Source: Lingula anatina
Lineage: Eukaryota > Animalia > Brachiopoda
DNA: 64,000 nt
Direction: 5' to 3'
Assembly: GCA_051362555.1 (NCBI GenBank)
Contig: CM120648.1
Coordinates: 2,910,587 to 2,974,586, forward strand
This document shows, piece after piece, positions 1 to 15,000 of this stretch (its first letter is position 1; the number at the start of each line of letters is the position of its first letter). The position numbers were made by a program, and so were the translations under genes. Below the pieces are notes generated by a model that was not told the origin of the DNA, made no database searches, and was given only the letters and a program-made list of their open reading frames with translations.

Positions 1-3000
1 GTTTCACCGGCGACGGCACAGCGTGTGATGATGTAGATGAATGTGCCCTGGCCACAGATGATTGCGCTGAGAACGCCACATGCGCCAACACCGTGGGCAG
101 TTTCACCTGCACCTGCCTAGCTGGTTTCACCGCGACGGCACAGCGTGTGATGATGTAGATGAATGTGCCCTGGCCACAGATGATTGCGCTGAGAACGCCA
201 CATGCGCCAACACCGTGGGCAGTTTCACCTGCACCTGCCTAGCTGGTTTCACCGGCGACGGCACAGCGTGTGATGATGTAGATGAATGTGCCCTGGCCAC
301 AGATGATTGCGCTGAGAACGCCACATGCGCCAACACCGTGGGCAGTTTCACCTGCACCTGCCTAGCTGGTTTCACCGGCGACGGCACAGCGTGTGATGAT
401 GTAGATGAATGTGCCCTGGCCACAGATGATTGCGCTGAGAACGCCACATGCGCCAACACCGTGGGCAGTTTCACCTGCACCTGCCTAGCTGGTTTCACCG
501 GCGACGGCACAGCGTGTGATGATGTAGATGAATGTGCCCTGGCCACAGATGATTGCGCTGAGAACGCCACATGCGCCAACACCGTGGGCAGTTTCACCTG
601 CACCTGCCTAGCTGGTTTCACCGGCGACGGCACAGCGTGTGATGATGTAGATGAATGTGCCCTGGCCACAGATGATTGCGCTGAGAACGCCACATGCGCC
701 AACACCGTGGGCAGTTTCACCTGCACCTGCCTAGCTGGTTTCACCGGCGACGGCACAGCGTGTGATGATGTAGATGAATGTGCCCTGGCCACAGATGATT
801 GCGCTGAGAACGCCACATGCGCCAACACCGTGGGCAGTTTCACCTGCACCTGCCTAGCTGGTTTCACCGGCGACGGCACAGCGTGTGATGATGTAGATGA
901 ATGTGCCCTGGCCACAGATGATTGCGCTGAGAACGCCACATGCGCCAACACCGTGGGCAGTTTCACCTGCACCTGCCTAGCTGGTTTCACCGGCGACGGC
1001 ACAGCGTGTGATGATGTAGATGAATGTGCCCTGGCCACAGATGATTGCGCTGAGAACGCCACATGCGCCAACACCGTGGGCAGTTTCACCTGCACCTGCC
1101 TAGCTGGTTTCACCGGCGACGGCACAGCGTGTGATGATGTAGATGAATGTGCCCTGGCCACAGATGATTGCGCTGAGAACGCCACATGCGCCAACACCGT
1201 GGGCAGTTTCACCTGCACCTGCCTAGCTGGTTTCACCGGCGACGGCACAGCGTGTGATGATGTAGATGAATGTGCCCTGGCCACAGATGATTGCGCTGAG
1301 AACGCCACATGCGCCAACACCGTGGGCAGTTTCACCTGCACCTGCCTAGCTGGTTTCACCGGCGACGGCACAGCGTGTGATGATGTAGATGAATGTGCCC
1401 TGGCCACAGATGATTGCGCTGAGAACGCCACATGCGCCAACACCGTGGGCAGTTTCACCTGCACCTGCCTAGCTGGTTTCACCGGCGACGGCACAGCGTG
1501 TGATGATGTAGATGAATGTGCCCTGGCCACAGATGATTGCGCTGAGAACGCCACATGCGCCAACACCGTGGGCAGTTTCACCTGCACCTGCCTAGCTGGT
1601 TTCACCGGCGACGGCACAGCGTGTGATGATGTAGATGAATGTGCCCTGGCCACAGATGATTGCGCTGAGAACGCCACATGCGCCAACACCGTGGGCAGTT
1701 TCACCTGCACCTGCCTAGCTGGTTTCACCGGCGACGGCACAGCGTGTGATGATGTAGATGAATGTGCCCTGGCCACAGATGATTGCGCTGAGAACGCCAC
1801 ATGCGCCAACACCGTGGGCAGTTTCACCTGCACCTGCCTAGCTGGTTTCACCGGCGACGGCACAGCGTGTGATGATGTAGATGAATGTGCCCTGGCCACA
1901 GATGATTGCGCTGAGAACGCCACATGCGCCAACACCGTGGGCAGTTTCACCTGCACCTGCCTAGCTGGTTTCACCGGCGACGGCACAGCGTGTGATGATG
2001 TAGATGAATGTGCCCTGGCCACAGATGATTGCGCTGAGAACGCCACATGCGCCAACACCGTGGGCAGTTTCACCTGCACCTGCCTAGCTGGTTTCACCGG
2101 CGACGGCACAGCGTGTGATGATGTAGATGAATGTGCCCTGGCCACAGATGATTGCGCTGAGAACGCCACATGCGCCAACACCGTGGGCAGTTTCACCTGC
2201 ACCTGCCTAGCTGGTTTCACCGGCGACGGCACAGCGTGTGATGATGTAGATGAATGTGCCCTGGCCACAGATGATTGCGCTGAGAACGCCACATGCGCCA
2301 ACACCGTGGGCAGTTTCACCTGCACCTGCCTAGCTGGTTTCACCGGCGACGGCACAGCGTGTGATGATGTAGATGAATGTGCCCTGGCCACAGATGATTG
2401 CGCTGAGAACGCCACATGCGCCAACACCGTGGGCAGTTTCACCTGCACCTGCCTAGCTGGTTTCACCGGCGACGGCACAGCGTGTGATGATGTAGATGAA
2501 TGTGCCCTGGCCACAGATGATTGCGCTGAGAACGCCACATGCGCCAACACCGTGGGCAGTTTCACCTGCACCTGCCTAGCTGGTTTCACCGGCGACGGCA
2601 CAGCGTGTGATGATGTAGATGAATGTGCCCTGGCCACAGATGATTGCGCTGAGAACGCCACATGCGCCAACACCGTGGGCAGTTTCACCTGCACCTGCCT
2701 AGCTGGTTTCACCGGCGACGGCACAGCGTGTGATGATGTAGATGAATGTGCCCTGGCCACAGATGATTGCGCTGAGAACGCCACATGCGCCAACACCGTG
2801 GGCAGTTTCACCTGCACCTGCCTAGCTGGTTTCACCGGCGACGGCACAGCGTGTGATGATGTAGATGAATGTGCCCTGGCCACAGATGATTGCGCTGAGA
2901 ACGCCACATGCGCCAACACCGTGGGCAGTTTCACCTGCACCTGCCTAGCTGGTTTCACCGGCGACGGCACAGCGTGTGATGATGTAGATGAATGTGCCCT

Positions 3001-6000
3001 GGCCACAGATGATTGCGCTGAGAACGCCACATGCGCCAACACCGTGGGCAGTTTCACCTGCACCTGCCTAGCTGGTTTCACCGGCGACGGCACAGCGTGT
3101 GATGATGTAGATGAATGTGCCCTGGCCACAGATGATTGCGCTGAGAACGCCACATGCGCCAACACCGTGGGCAGTTTCACCTGCACCTGCCTAGCTGGTT
3201 TCACCGGCGACGGCACAGCGTGTGATGATGTAGATGAATGTGCCCTGGCCACAGATGATTGCGCTGAGAACGCCACATGCGCCAACACCGTGGGCAGTTT
3301 CACCTGCACCTGCCTAGCTGGTTTCACCGGCGACGGCACAGCGTGTGATGATGTAGATGAATGTGCCCTGGCCACAGATGATTGCGCTGAGAACGCCACA
3401 TGCGCCAACACCGTGGGCAGTTTCACCTGCACCTGCCTAGCTGGTTTCACCGGCGACGGCACAGCGTGTGATGATGTAGATGAATGTGCCCTGGCCACAG
3501 ATGATTGCGCTGAGAACGCCACATGCGCCAACACCGTGGGCAGTTTCACCTGCACCTGCCTAGCTGGTTTCACCGGCGACGGCACAGCGTGTGATGATGT
3601 AGATGAATGTGCCCTGGCCACAGATGATTGCGCTGAGAACGCCACATGCGCCAACACCGTGGGCAGTTTCACCTGCACCTGCCTAGCTGGTTTCACCGGC
3701 GACGGCACAGCGTGTGATGATGTAGATGAATGTGCCCTGGCCACAGATGATTGCGCTGAGAACGCCACATGCGCCAACACCGTGGGCAGTTTCACCTGCA
3801 CCTGCCTAGCTGGTTTCACCGGCGACGGCACAGCGTGTGATGATGTAGATGAATGTGCCCTGGCCACAGATGATTGCGCTGAGAACGCCACATGCGCCAA
3901 CACCGTGGGCAGTTTCACCTGCACCTGCCTAGCTGGTTTCACCGGCGACGGCACAGCGTGTGATGATGTAGATGAATGTGCCCTGGCCACAGATGATTGC
4001 GCTGAGAACGCCACATGCGCCAACACCGTGGGCAGTTTCACCTGCACCTGCCTAGCTGGTTTCACCGGCGACGGCACAGCGTGTGATGATGTAGATGAAT
4101 GTGCCCTGGCCACAGATGATTGCGCTGAGAACGCCACATGCGCCAACACCGTGGGCAGTTTCACCTGCACCTGCCTAGCTGGTTTCACCGGCGACGGCAC
4201 AGCGTGTGATGATGTAGATGAATGTGCCCTGGCCACAGATGATTGCGCTGAGAACGCCACATGCGCCAACACCGTGGGCAGTTTCACCTGCACCTGCCTA
4301 GCTGGTTTCACCGGCGACGGCACAGCGTGTGATGATGTAGATGAATGTGCCCTGGCCACAGATGATTGCGCTGAGAACGCCACATGCGCCAACACCGTGG
4401 GCAGTTTCACCTGCACCTGCCTAGCTGGTTTCACCGGCGACGGCACAGCGTGTGATGATGTAGATGAATGTGCCCTGGCCACAGATGATTGCGCTGAGAA
4501 CGCCACATGCGCCAACACCGTGGGCAGTTTCACCTGCACCTGCCTAGCTGGTTTCACCGGCGACGGCACAGCGTGTGATGATGTAGATGAATGTGCCCTG
4601 GCCACAGATGATTGCGCTGAGAACGCCACATGCGCCAACACCGTGGGCAGTTTCACCTGCACCTGCCTAGCTGGTTTCACCGGCGACGGCACAGCGTGTG
4701 ATGATGTAGATGAATGTGCCCTGGCCACAGATGATTGCGCTGAGAACGCCACATGCGCCAACACCGTGGGCAGTTTCACCTGCACCTGCCTAGCTGGTTT
4801 CACCGGCGACGGCACAGCGTGTGATGATGTAGATGAATGTGCCCTGGCCACAGATGATTGCGCTGAGAACGCCACATGCGCCAACACCGTGGGCAGTTTC
4901 ACCTGCACCTGCCTAGCTGGTTTCACCGGCGACGGCACAGCGTGTGATGATGTAGATGAATGTGCCCTGGCCACAGATGATTGCGCTGAGAACGCCACAT
5001 GCGCCAACACCGTGGGCAGTTTCACCTGCACCTGCCTAGCTGGTTTCACCGGCGACGGCACAGCGTGTGATGATGTAGATGAATGTGCCCTGGCCACAGA
5101 TGATTGCGCTGAGAACGCCACATGCGCCAACACCGTGGGCAGTTTCACCTGCACCTGCCTAGCTGGTTTCACCGGCGACGGCACAGCGTGTGATGATGTA
5201 GATGAATGTGCCCTGGCCACAGATGATTGCGCTGAGAACGCCACATGCGCCAACACCGTGGGCAGTTTCACCTGCACCTGCCTAGCTGGTTTCACCGGCG
5301 ACGGCACAGCGTGTGATGATGTAGATGAATGTGCCCTGGCCACAGATGATTGCGCTGAGAACGCCACATGCGCCAACACCGTGGGCAGTTTCACCTGCAC
5401 CTGCCTAGCTGGTTTCACCGGCGACGGCACAGCGTGTGATGATGTAGATGAATGTGCCCTGGCCACAGATGATTGCGCTGAGAACGCCACATGCGCCAAC
5501 ACCGTGGGCAGTTTCACCTGCACCTGCCTAGCTGGTTTCACCGGCGACGGCACAGCGTGTGATGATGTAGATGAATGTGCCCTGGCCACAGATGATTGCG
5601 CTGAGAACGCCACATGCGCCAACACCGTGGGCAGTTTCACCTGCACCTGCCTAGCTGGTTTCACCGGCGACGGCACAGCGTGTGATGATGTAGATGAATG
5701 TGCCCTGGCCACAGATGATTGCGCTGAGAACGCCACATGCGCCAACACCGTGGGCAGTTTCACCTGCACCTGCCTAGCTGGTTTCACCGGCGACGGCACA
5801 GCGTGTGATGATGTAGATGAATGTGCCCTGGCCACAGATGATTGCGCTGAGAACGCCACATGCGCCAACACCGTGGGCAGTTTCACCTGCACCTGCCTAG
5901 CTGGTTTCACCGGCGACGGCACAGCGTGTGATGATGTAGATGAATGTGCCCTGGCCACAGATGATTGCGCTGAGAACGCCACATGCGCCAACACCGTGGG

Positions 6001-9000
6001 CAGTTTCACCTGCACCTGCCTAGCTGGTTTCACCGGCGACGGCACAGCGTGTGATGATGTAGATGAATGTGCCCTGGCCACAGATGATTGCGCTGAGAAC
6101 GCCACATGCGCCAACACCGTGGGCAGTTTCACCTGCACCTGCCTAGCTGGTTTCACCGGCGACGGCACAGCGTGTGATGATGTAGATGAATGTGCCCTGG
6201 CCACAGATGATTGCGCTGAGAACGCCACATGCGCCAACACCGTGGGCAGTTTCACCTGCACCTGCCTAGCTGGTTTCACCGGCGACGGCACAGCGTGTGA
6301 TGATGTAGATGAATGTGCCCTGGCCACAGATGATTGCGCTGAGAACGCCACATGCGCCAACACCGTGGGCAGTTTCACCTGCACCTGCCTAGCTGGTTTC
6401 ACCGGCGACGGCACAGCGTGTGATGATGTAGATGAATGTGCCCTGGCCACAGATGATTGCGCTGAGAACGCCACATGCGCCAACACCGTGGGCAGTTTCA
6501 CCTGCACCTGCCTAGCTGGTTTCACCGGCGACGGCACAGCGTGTGATGATGTAGATGAATGTGCCCTGGCCACAGATGATTGCGCTGAGAACGCCACATG
6601 CGCCAACACCGTGGGCAGTTTCACCTGCACCTGCCTAGCTGGTTTCACCGGCGACGGCACAGCGTGTGATGATGTAGATGAATGTGCCCTGGCCACAGAT
6701 GATTGCGCTGAGAACGCCACATGCGCCAACACCGTGGGCAGTTTCACCTGCACCTGCCTAGCTGGTTTCACCGGCGACGGCACAGCGTGTGATGATGTAG
6801 ATGAATGTGCCCTGGCCACAGATGATTGCGCTGAGAACGCCACATGCGCCAACACCGTGGGCAGTTTCACCTGCACCTGCCTAGCTGGTTTCACCGGCGA
6901 CGGCACAGCGTGTGATGATGTAGATGAATGTGCCCTGGCCACAGATGATTGCGCTGAGAACGCCACATGCGCCAACACCGTGGGCAGTTTCACCTGCACC
7001 TGCCTAGCTGGTTTCACCGGCGACGGCACAGCGTGTGATGATGTAGATGAATGTGCCCTGGCCACAGATGATTGCGCTGAGAACGCCACATGCGCCAACA
7101 CCGTGGGCAGTTTCACCTGCACCTGCCTAGCTGGTTTCACCGGCGACGGCACAGCGTGTGATGATGTAGATGAATGTGCCCTGGCCACAGATGATTGCGC
7201 TGAGAACGCCACATGCGCCAACACCGTGGGCAGTTTCACCTGCACCTGCCTAGCTGGTTTCACCGGCGACGGCACAGCGTGTGATGATGTAGATGAATGT
7301 GCCCTGGCCACAGATGATTGCGCTGAGAACGCCACATGCGCCAACACCGTGGGCAGTTTCACCTGCACCTGCCTAGCTGGTTTCACCGGCGACGGCACAG
7401 CGTGTGATGATGTAGATGAATGTGCCCTGGCCACAGATGATTGCGCTGAGAACGCCACATGCGCCAACACCGTGGGCAGTTTCACCTGCACCTGCCTAGC
7501 TGGTTTCACCGGCGACGGCACAGCGTGTGATGATGTAGATGAATGTGCCCTGGCCACAGATGATTGCGCTGAGAACGCCACATGCGCCAACACCGTGGGC
7601 AGTTTCACCTGCACCTGCCTAGCTGGTTTCACCGGCGACGGCACAGCGTGTGATGATGTAGATGAATGTGCCCTGGCCACAGATGATTGCGCTGAGAACG
7701 CCACATGCGCCAACACCGTGGGCAGTTTCACCTGCACCTGCCTAGCTGGTTTCACCGGCGACGGCACAGCGTGTGATGATGTAGATGAATGTGCCCTGGC
7801 CACAGATGATTGCGCTGAGAACGCCACATGCGCCAACACCGTGGGCAGTTTCACCTGCACCTGCCTAGCTGGTTTCACCGGCGACGGCACAGCGTGTGAT
7901 GATGTAGATGAATGTGCCCTGGCCACAGATGATTGCGCTGAGAACGCCACATGCGCCAACACCGTGGGCAGTTTCACCTGCACCTGCCTAGCTGGTTTCA
8001 CCGGCGACGGCACAGCGTGTGATGATGTAGATGAATGTGCCCTGGCCACAGATGATTGCGCTGAGAACGCCACATGCGCCAACACCGTGGGCAGTTTCAC
8101 CTGCACCTGCCTAGCTGGTTTCACCGGCGACGGCACAGCGTGTGATGATGTAGATGAATGTGCCCTGGCCACAGATGATTGCGCTGAGAACGCCACATGC
8201 GCCAACACCGTGGGCAGTTTCACCTGCACCTGCCTAGCTGGTTTCACCGGCGACGGCACAGCGTGTGATGATGTAGATGAATGTGCCCTGGCCACAGATG
8301 ATTGCGCTGAGAACGCCACATGCGCCAACACCGTGGGCAGTTTCACCTGCACCTGCCTAGCTGGTTTCACCGGCGACGGCACAGCGTGTGATGATGTAGA
8401 TGAATGTGCCCTGGCCACAGATGATTGCGCTGAGAACGCCACATGCGCCAACACCGTGGGCAGTTTCACCTGCACCTGCCTAGCTGGTTTCACCGGCGAC
8501 GGCACAGCGTGTGATGATGTAGATGAATGTGCCCTGGCCACAGATGATTGCGCTGAGAACGCCACATGCGCCAACACCGTGGGCAGTTTCACCTGCACCT
8601 GCCTAGCTGGTTTCACCGGCGACGGCACAGCGTGTGATGATGTAGATGAATGTGCCCTGGCCACAGATGATTGCGCTGAGAACGCCACATGCGCCAACAC
8701 CGTGGGCAGTTTCACCTGCACCTGCCTAGCTGGTTTCACCGGCGACGGCACAGCGTGTGATGATGTAGATGAATGTGCCCTGGCCACAGATGATTGCGCT
8801 GAGAACGCCACATGCGCCAACACCGTGGGCAGTTTCACCTGCACCTGCCTAGCTGGTTTCACCGGCGACGGCACAGCGTGTGATGATGTAGATGAATGTG
8901 CCCTGGCCACAGATGATTGCGCTGAGAACGCCACATGCGCCAACACCGTGGGCAGTTTCACCTGCACCTGCCTAGCTGGTTTCACCGGCGACGGCACAGC

Positions 9001-12000
9001 GTGTGATGATGTAGATGAATGTGCCCTGGCCACAGATGATTGCGCTGAGAACGCCACATGCGCCAACACCGTGGGCAGTTTCACCTGCACCTGCCTAGCT
9101 GGTTTCACCGGCGACGGCACAGCGTGTGATGATGTAGATGAATGTGCCCTGGCCACAGATGATTGCGCTGAGAACGCCACATGCGCCAACACCGTGGGCA
9201 GTTTCACCTGCACCTGCCTAGCTGGTTTCACCGGCGACGGCACAGCGTGTGATGATGTAGATGAATGTGCCCTGGCCACAGATGATTGCGCTGAGAACGC
9301 CACATGCGCCAACACCGTGGGCAGTTTCACCTGCACCTGCCTAGCTGGTTTCACCGGCGACGGCACAGCGTGTGATGATGTAGATGAATGTGCCCTGGCC
9401 ACAGATGATTGCGCTGAGAACGCCACATGCGCCAACACCGTGGGCAGTTTCACCTGCACCTGCCTAGCTGGTTTCACCGGCGACGGCACAGCGTGTGATG
9501 ATGTAGATGAATGTGCCCTGGCCACAGATGATTGCGCTGAGAACGCCACATGCGCCAACACCGTGGGCAGTTTCACCTGCACCTGCCTAGCTGGTTTCAC
9601 CGGCGACGGCACAGCGTGTGATGATGTAGATGAATGTGCCCTGGCCACAGATGATTGCGCTGAGAACGCCACATGCGCCAACACCGTGGGCAGTTTCACC
9701 TGCACCTGCCTAGCTGGTTTCACCGGCGACGGCACAGCGTGTGATGATGTAGATGAATGTGCCCTGGCCACAGATGATTGCGCTGAGAACGCCACATGCG
9801 CCAACACCGTGGGCAGTTTCACCTGCACCTGCCTAGCTGGTTTCACCGGCGACGGCACAGCGTGTGATGATGTAGATGAATGTGCCCTGGCCACAGATGA
9901 TTGCGCTGAGAACGCCACATGCGCCAACACCGTGGGCAGTTTCACCTGCACCTGCCTAGCTGGTTTCACCGGCGACGGCACAGCGTGTGATGATGTAGAT
10001 GAATGTGCCCTGGCCACAGATGATTGCGCTGAGAACGCCACATGCGCCAACACCGTGGGCAGTTTCACCTGCACCTGCCTAGCTGGTTTCACCGGCGACG
10101 GCACAGCGTGTGATGATGTAGATGAATGTGCCCTGGCCACAGATGATTGCGCTGAGAACGCCACATGCGCCAACACCGTGGGCAGTTTCACCTGCACCTG
10201 CCTAGCTGGTTTCACCGGCGACGGCACAGCGTGTGATGATGTAGATGAATGTGCCCTGGCCACAGATGATTGCGCTGAGAACGCCACATGCGCCAACACC
10301 GTGGGCAGTTTCACCTGCACCTGCCTAGCTGGTTTCACCGGCGACGGCACAGCGTGTGATGATGTAGATGAATGTGCCCTGGCCACAGATGATTGCGCTG
10401 AGAACGCCACATGCGCCAACACCGTGGGCAGTTTCACCTGCACCTGCCTAGCTGGTTTCACCGGCGACGGCACAGCGTGTGATGATGTAGATGAATGTGC
10501 CCTGGCCACAGATGATTGCGCTGAGAACGCCACATGCGCCAACACCGTGGGCAGTTTCACCTGCACCTGCCTAGCTGGTTTCACCGGCGACGGCACAGCG
10601 TGTGATGATGTAGATGAATGTGCCCTGGCCACAGATGATTGCGCTGAGAACGCCACATGCGCCAACACCGTGGGCAGTTTCACCTGCACCTGCCTAGCTG
10701 GTTTCACCGGCGACGGCACAGCGTGTGATGATGTAGATGAATGTGCCCTGGCCACAGATGATTGCGCTGAGAACGCCACATGCGCCAACACCGTGGGCAG
10801 TTTCACCTGCACCTGCCTAGCTGGTTTCACCGGCGACGGCACAGCGTGTGATGATGTAGATGAATGTGCCCTGGCCACAGATGATTGCGCTGAGAACGCC
10901 ACATGCGCCAACACCGTGGGCAGTTTCACCTGCACCTGCCTAGCTGGTTTCACCGGCGACGGCACAGCGTGTGATGATGTAGATGAATGTGCCCTGGCCA
11001 CAGATGATTGCGCTGAGAACGCCACATGCGCCAACACCGTGGGCAGTTTCACCTGCACCTGCCTAGCTGGTTTCACCGGCGACGGCACAGCGTGTGATGA
11101 TGTAGATGAATGTGCCCTGGCCACAGATGATTGCGCTGAGAACGCCACATGCGCCAACACCGTGGGCAGTTTCACCTGCACCTGCCTAGCTGGTTTCACC
11201 GGCGACGGCACAGCGTGTGATGATGTAGATGAATGTGCCCTGGCCACAGATGATTGCGCTGAGAACGCCACATGCGCCAACACCGTGGGCAGTTTCACCT
11301 GCACCTGCCTAGCTGGTTTCACCGGCGACGGCACAGCGTGTGATGATGTAGATGAATGTGCCCTGGCCACAGATGATTGCGCTGAGAACGCCACATGCGC
11401 CAACACCGTGGGCAGTTTCACCTGCACCTGCCTAGCTGGTTTCACCGGCGACGGCACAGCGTGTGATGATGTAGATGAATGTGCCCTGGCCACAGATGAT
11501 TGCGCTGAGAACGCCACATGCGCCAACACCGTGGGCAGTTTCACCTGCACCTGCCTAGCTGGTTTCACCGGCGACGGCACAGCGTGTGATGATGTAGATG
11601 AATGTGCCCTGGCCACAGATGATTGCGCTGAGAACGCCACATGCGCCAACACCGTGGGCAGTTTCACCTGCACCTGCCTAGCTGGTTTCACCGGCGACGG
11701 CACAGCGTGTGATGATGTAGATGAATGTGCCCTGGCCACAGATGATTGCGCTGAGAACGCCACATGCGCCAACACCGTGGGCAGTTTCACCTGCACCTGC
11801 CTAGCTGGTTTCACCGGCGACGGCACAGCGTGTGATGATGTAGATGAATGTGCCCTGGCCACAGATGATTGCGCTGAGAACGCCACATGCGCCAACACCG
11901 TGGGCAGTTTCACCTGCACCTGCCTAGCTGGTTTCACCGGCGACGGCACAGCGTGTGATGATGTAGATGAATGTGCCCTGGCCACAGATGATTGCGCTGA

Positions 12001-15000
12001 GAACGCCACATGCGCCAACACCGTGGGCAGTTTCACCTGCACCTGCCTAGCTGGTTTCACCGGCGACGGCACAGCGTGTGATGATGTAGATGAATGTGCC
12101 CTGGCCACAGATGATTGCGCTGAGAACGCCACATGCGCCAACACCGTGGGCAGTTTCACCTGCACCTGCCTAGCTGGTTTCACCGGCGACGGCACAGCGT
12201 GTGATGATGTAGATGAATGTGCCCTGGCCACAGATGATTGCGCTGAGAACGCCACATGCGCCAACACCGTGGGCAGTTTCACCTGCACCTGCCTAGCTGG
12301 TTTCACCGGCGACGGCACAGCGTGTGATGATGTAGATGAATGTGCCCTGGCCACAGATGATTGCGCTGAGAACGCCACATGCGCCAACACCGTGGGCAGT
12401 TTCACCTGCACCTGCCTAGCTGGTTTCACCGGCGACGGCACAGCGTGTGATGATGTAGATGAATGTGCCCTGGCCACAGATGATTGCGCTGAGAACGCCA
12501 CATGCGCCAACACCGTGGGCAGTTTCACCTGCACCTGCCTAGCTGGTTTCACCGGCGACGGCACAGCGTGTGATGATGTAGATGAATGTGCCCTGGCCAC
12601 AGATGATTGCGCTGAGAACGCCACATGCGCCAACACCGTGGGCAGTTTCACCTGCACCTGCCTAGCTGGTTTCACCGGCGACGGCACAGCGTGTGATGAT
12701 GTAGATGAATGTGCCCTGGCCACAGATGATTGCGCTGAGAACGCCACATGCGCCAACACCGTGGGCAGTTTCACCTGCACCTGCCTAGCTGGTTTCACCG
12801 GCGACGGCACAGCGTGTGATGATGTAGATGAATGTGCCCTGGCCACAGATGATTGCGCTGAGAACGCCACATGCGCCAACACCGTGGGCAGTTTCACCTG
12901 CACCTGCCTAGCTGGTTTCACCGGCGACGGCACAGCGTGTGATGATGTAGATGAATGTGCCCTGGCCACAGATGATTGCGCTGAGAACGCCACATGCGCC
13001 AACACCGTGGGCAGTTTCACCTGCACCTGCCTAGCTGGTTTCACCGGCGACGGCACAGCGTGTGATGATGTAGATGAATGTGCCCTGGCCACAGATGATT
13101 GCGCTGAGAACGCCACATGCGCCAACACCGTGGGCAGTTTCACCTGCACCTGCCTAGCTGGTTTCACCGGCGACGGCACAGCGTGTGATGATGTAGATGA
13201 ATGTGCCCTGGCCACAGATGATTGCGCTGAGAACGCCACATGCGCCAACACCGTGGGCAGTTTCACCTGCACCTGCCTAGCTGGTTTCACCGGCGACGGC
13301 ACAGCGTGTGATGATGTAGATGAATGTGCCCTGGCCACAGATGATTGCGCTGAGAACGCCACATGCGCCAACACCGTGGGCAGTTTCACCTGCACCTGCC
13401 TAGCTGGTTTCACCGGCGACGGCACAGCGTGTGATGATGTAGATGAATGTGCCCTGGCCACAGATGATTGCGCTGAGAACGCCACATGCGCCAACACCGT
13501 GGGCAGTTTCACCTGCACCTGCCTAGCTGGTTTCACCGGCGACGGCACAGCGTGTGATGATGTAGATGAATGTGCCCTGGCCACAGATGATTGCGCTGAG
13601 AACGCCACATGCGCCAACACCGTGGGCAGTTTCACCTGCACCTGCCTAGCTGGTTTCACCGGCGACGGCACAGCGTGTGATGATGTAGATGAATGTGCCC
13701 TGGCCACAGATGATTGCGCTGAGAACGCCACATGCGCCAACACCGTGGGCAGTTTCACCTGCACCTGCCTAGCTGGTTTCACCGGCGACGGCACAGCGTG
13801 TGATGATGTAGATGAATGTGCCCTGGCCACAGATGATTGCGCTGAGAACGCCACATGCGCCAACACCGTGGGCAGTTTCACCTGCACCTGCCTAGCTGGT
13901 TTCACCGGCGACGGCACAGCGTGTGATGATGTAGATGAATGTGCCCTGGCCACAGATGATTGCGCTGAGAACGCCACATGCGCCAACACCGTGGGCAGTT
14001 TCACCTGCACCTGCCTAGCTGGTTTCACCGGCGACGGCACAGCGTGTGATGATGTAGATGAATGTGCCCTGGCCACAGATGATTGCGCTGAGAACGCCAC
14101 ATGCGCCAACACCGTGGGCAGTTTCACCTGCACCTGCCTAGCTGGTTTCACCGGCGACGGCACAGCGTGTGATGATGTAGATGAATGTGCCCTGGCCACA
14201 GATGATTGCGCTGAGAACGCCACATGCGCCAACACCGTGGGCAGTTTCACCTGCACCTGCCTAGCTGGTTTCACCGGCGACGGCACAGCGTGTGATGATG
14301 TAGATGAATGTGCCCTGGCCACAGATGATTGCGCTGAGAACGCCACATGCGCCAACACCGTGGGCAGTTTCACCTGCACCTGCCTAGCTGGTTTCACCGG
14401 CGACGGCACAGCGTGTGATGATGTAGATGAATGTGCCCTGGCCACAGATGATTGCGCTGAGAACGCCACATGCGCCAACACCGTGGGCAGTTTCACCTGC
14501 ACCTGCCTAGCTGGTTTCACCGGCGACGGCACAGCGTGTGATGATGTAGATGAATGTGCCCTGGCCACAGATGATTGCGCTGAGAACGCCACATGCGCCA
14601 ACACCGTGGGCAGTTTCACCTGCACCTGCCTAGCTGGTTTCACCGGCGACGGCACAGCGTGTGATGATGTAGATGAATGTGCCCTGGCCACAGATGATTG
14701 CGCTGAGAACGCCACATGCGCCAACACCGTGGGCAGTTTCACCTGCACCTGCCTAGCTGGTTTCACCGGCGACGGCACAGCGTGTGATGATGTAGATGAA
14801 TGTGCCCTGGCCACAGATGATTGCGCTGAGAACGCCACATGCGCCAACACCGTGGGCAGTTTCACCTGCACCTGCCTAGCTGGTTTCACCGGCGACGGCA
14901 CAGCGTGTGATGATGTAGATGAATGTGCCCTGGCCACAGATGATTGCGCTGAGAACGCCACATGCGCCAACACCGTGGGCAGTTTCACCTGCACCTGCCT

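Noticed and set aside
80-132. ORF start MRQHRGQFHLHLPSWFHR
   Set aside because: Out-of-frame reading of the repeat caused by the 1-bp deletion; the true start lies upstream of the window
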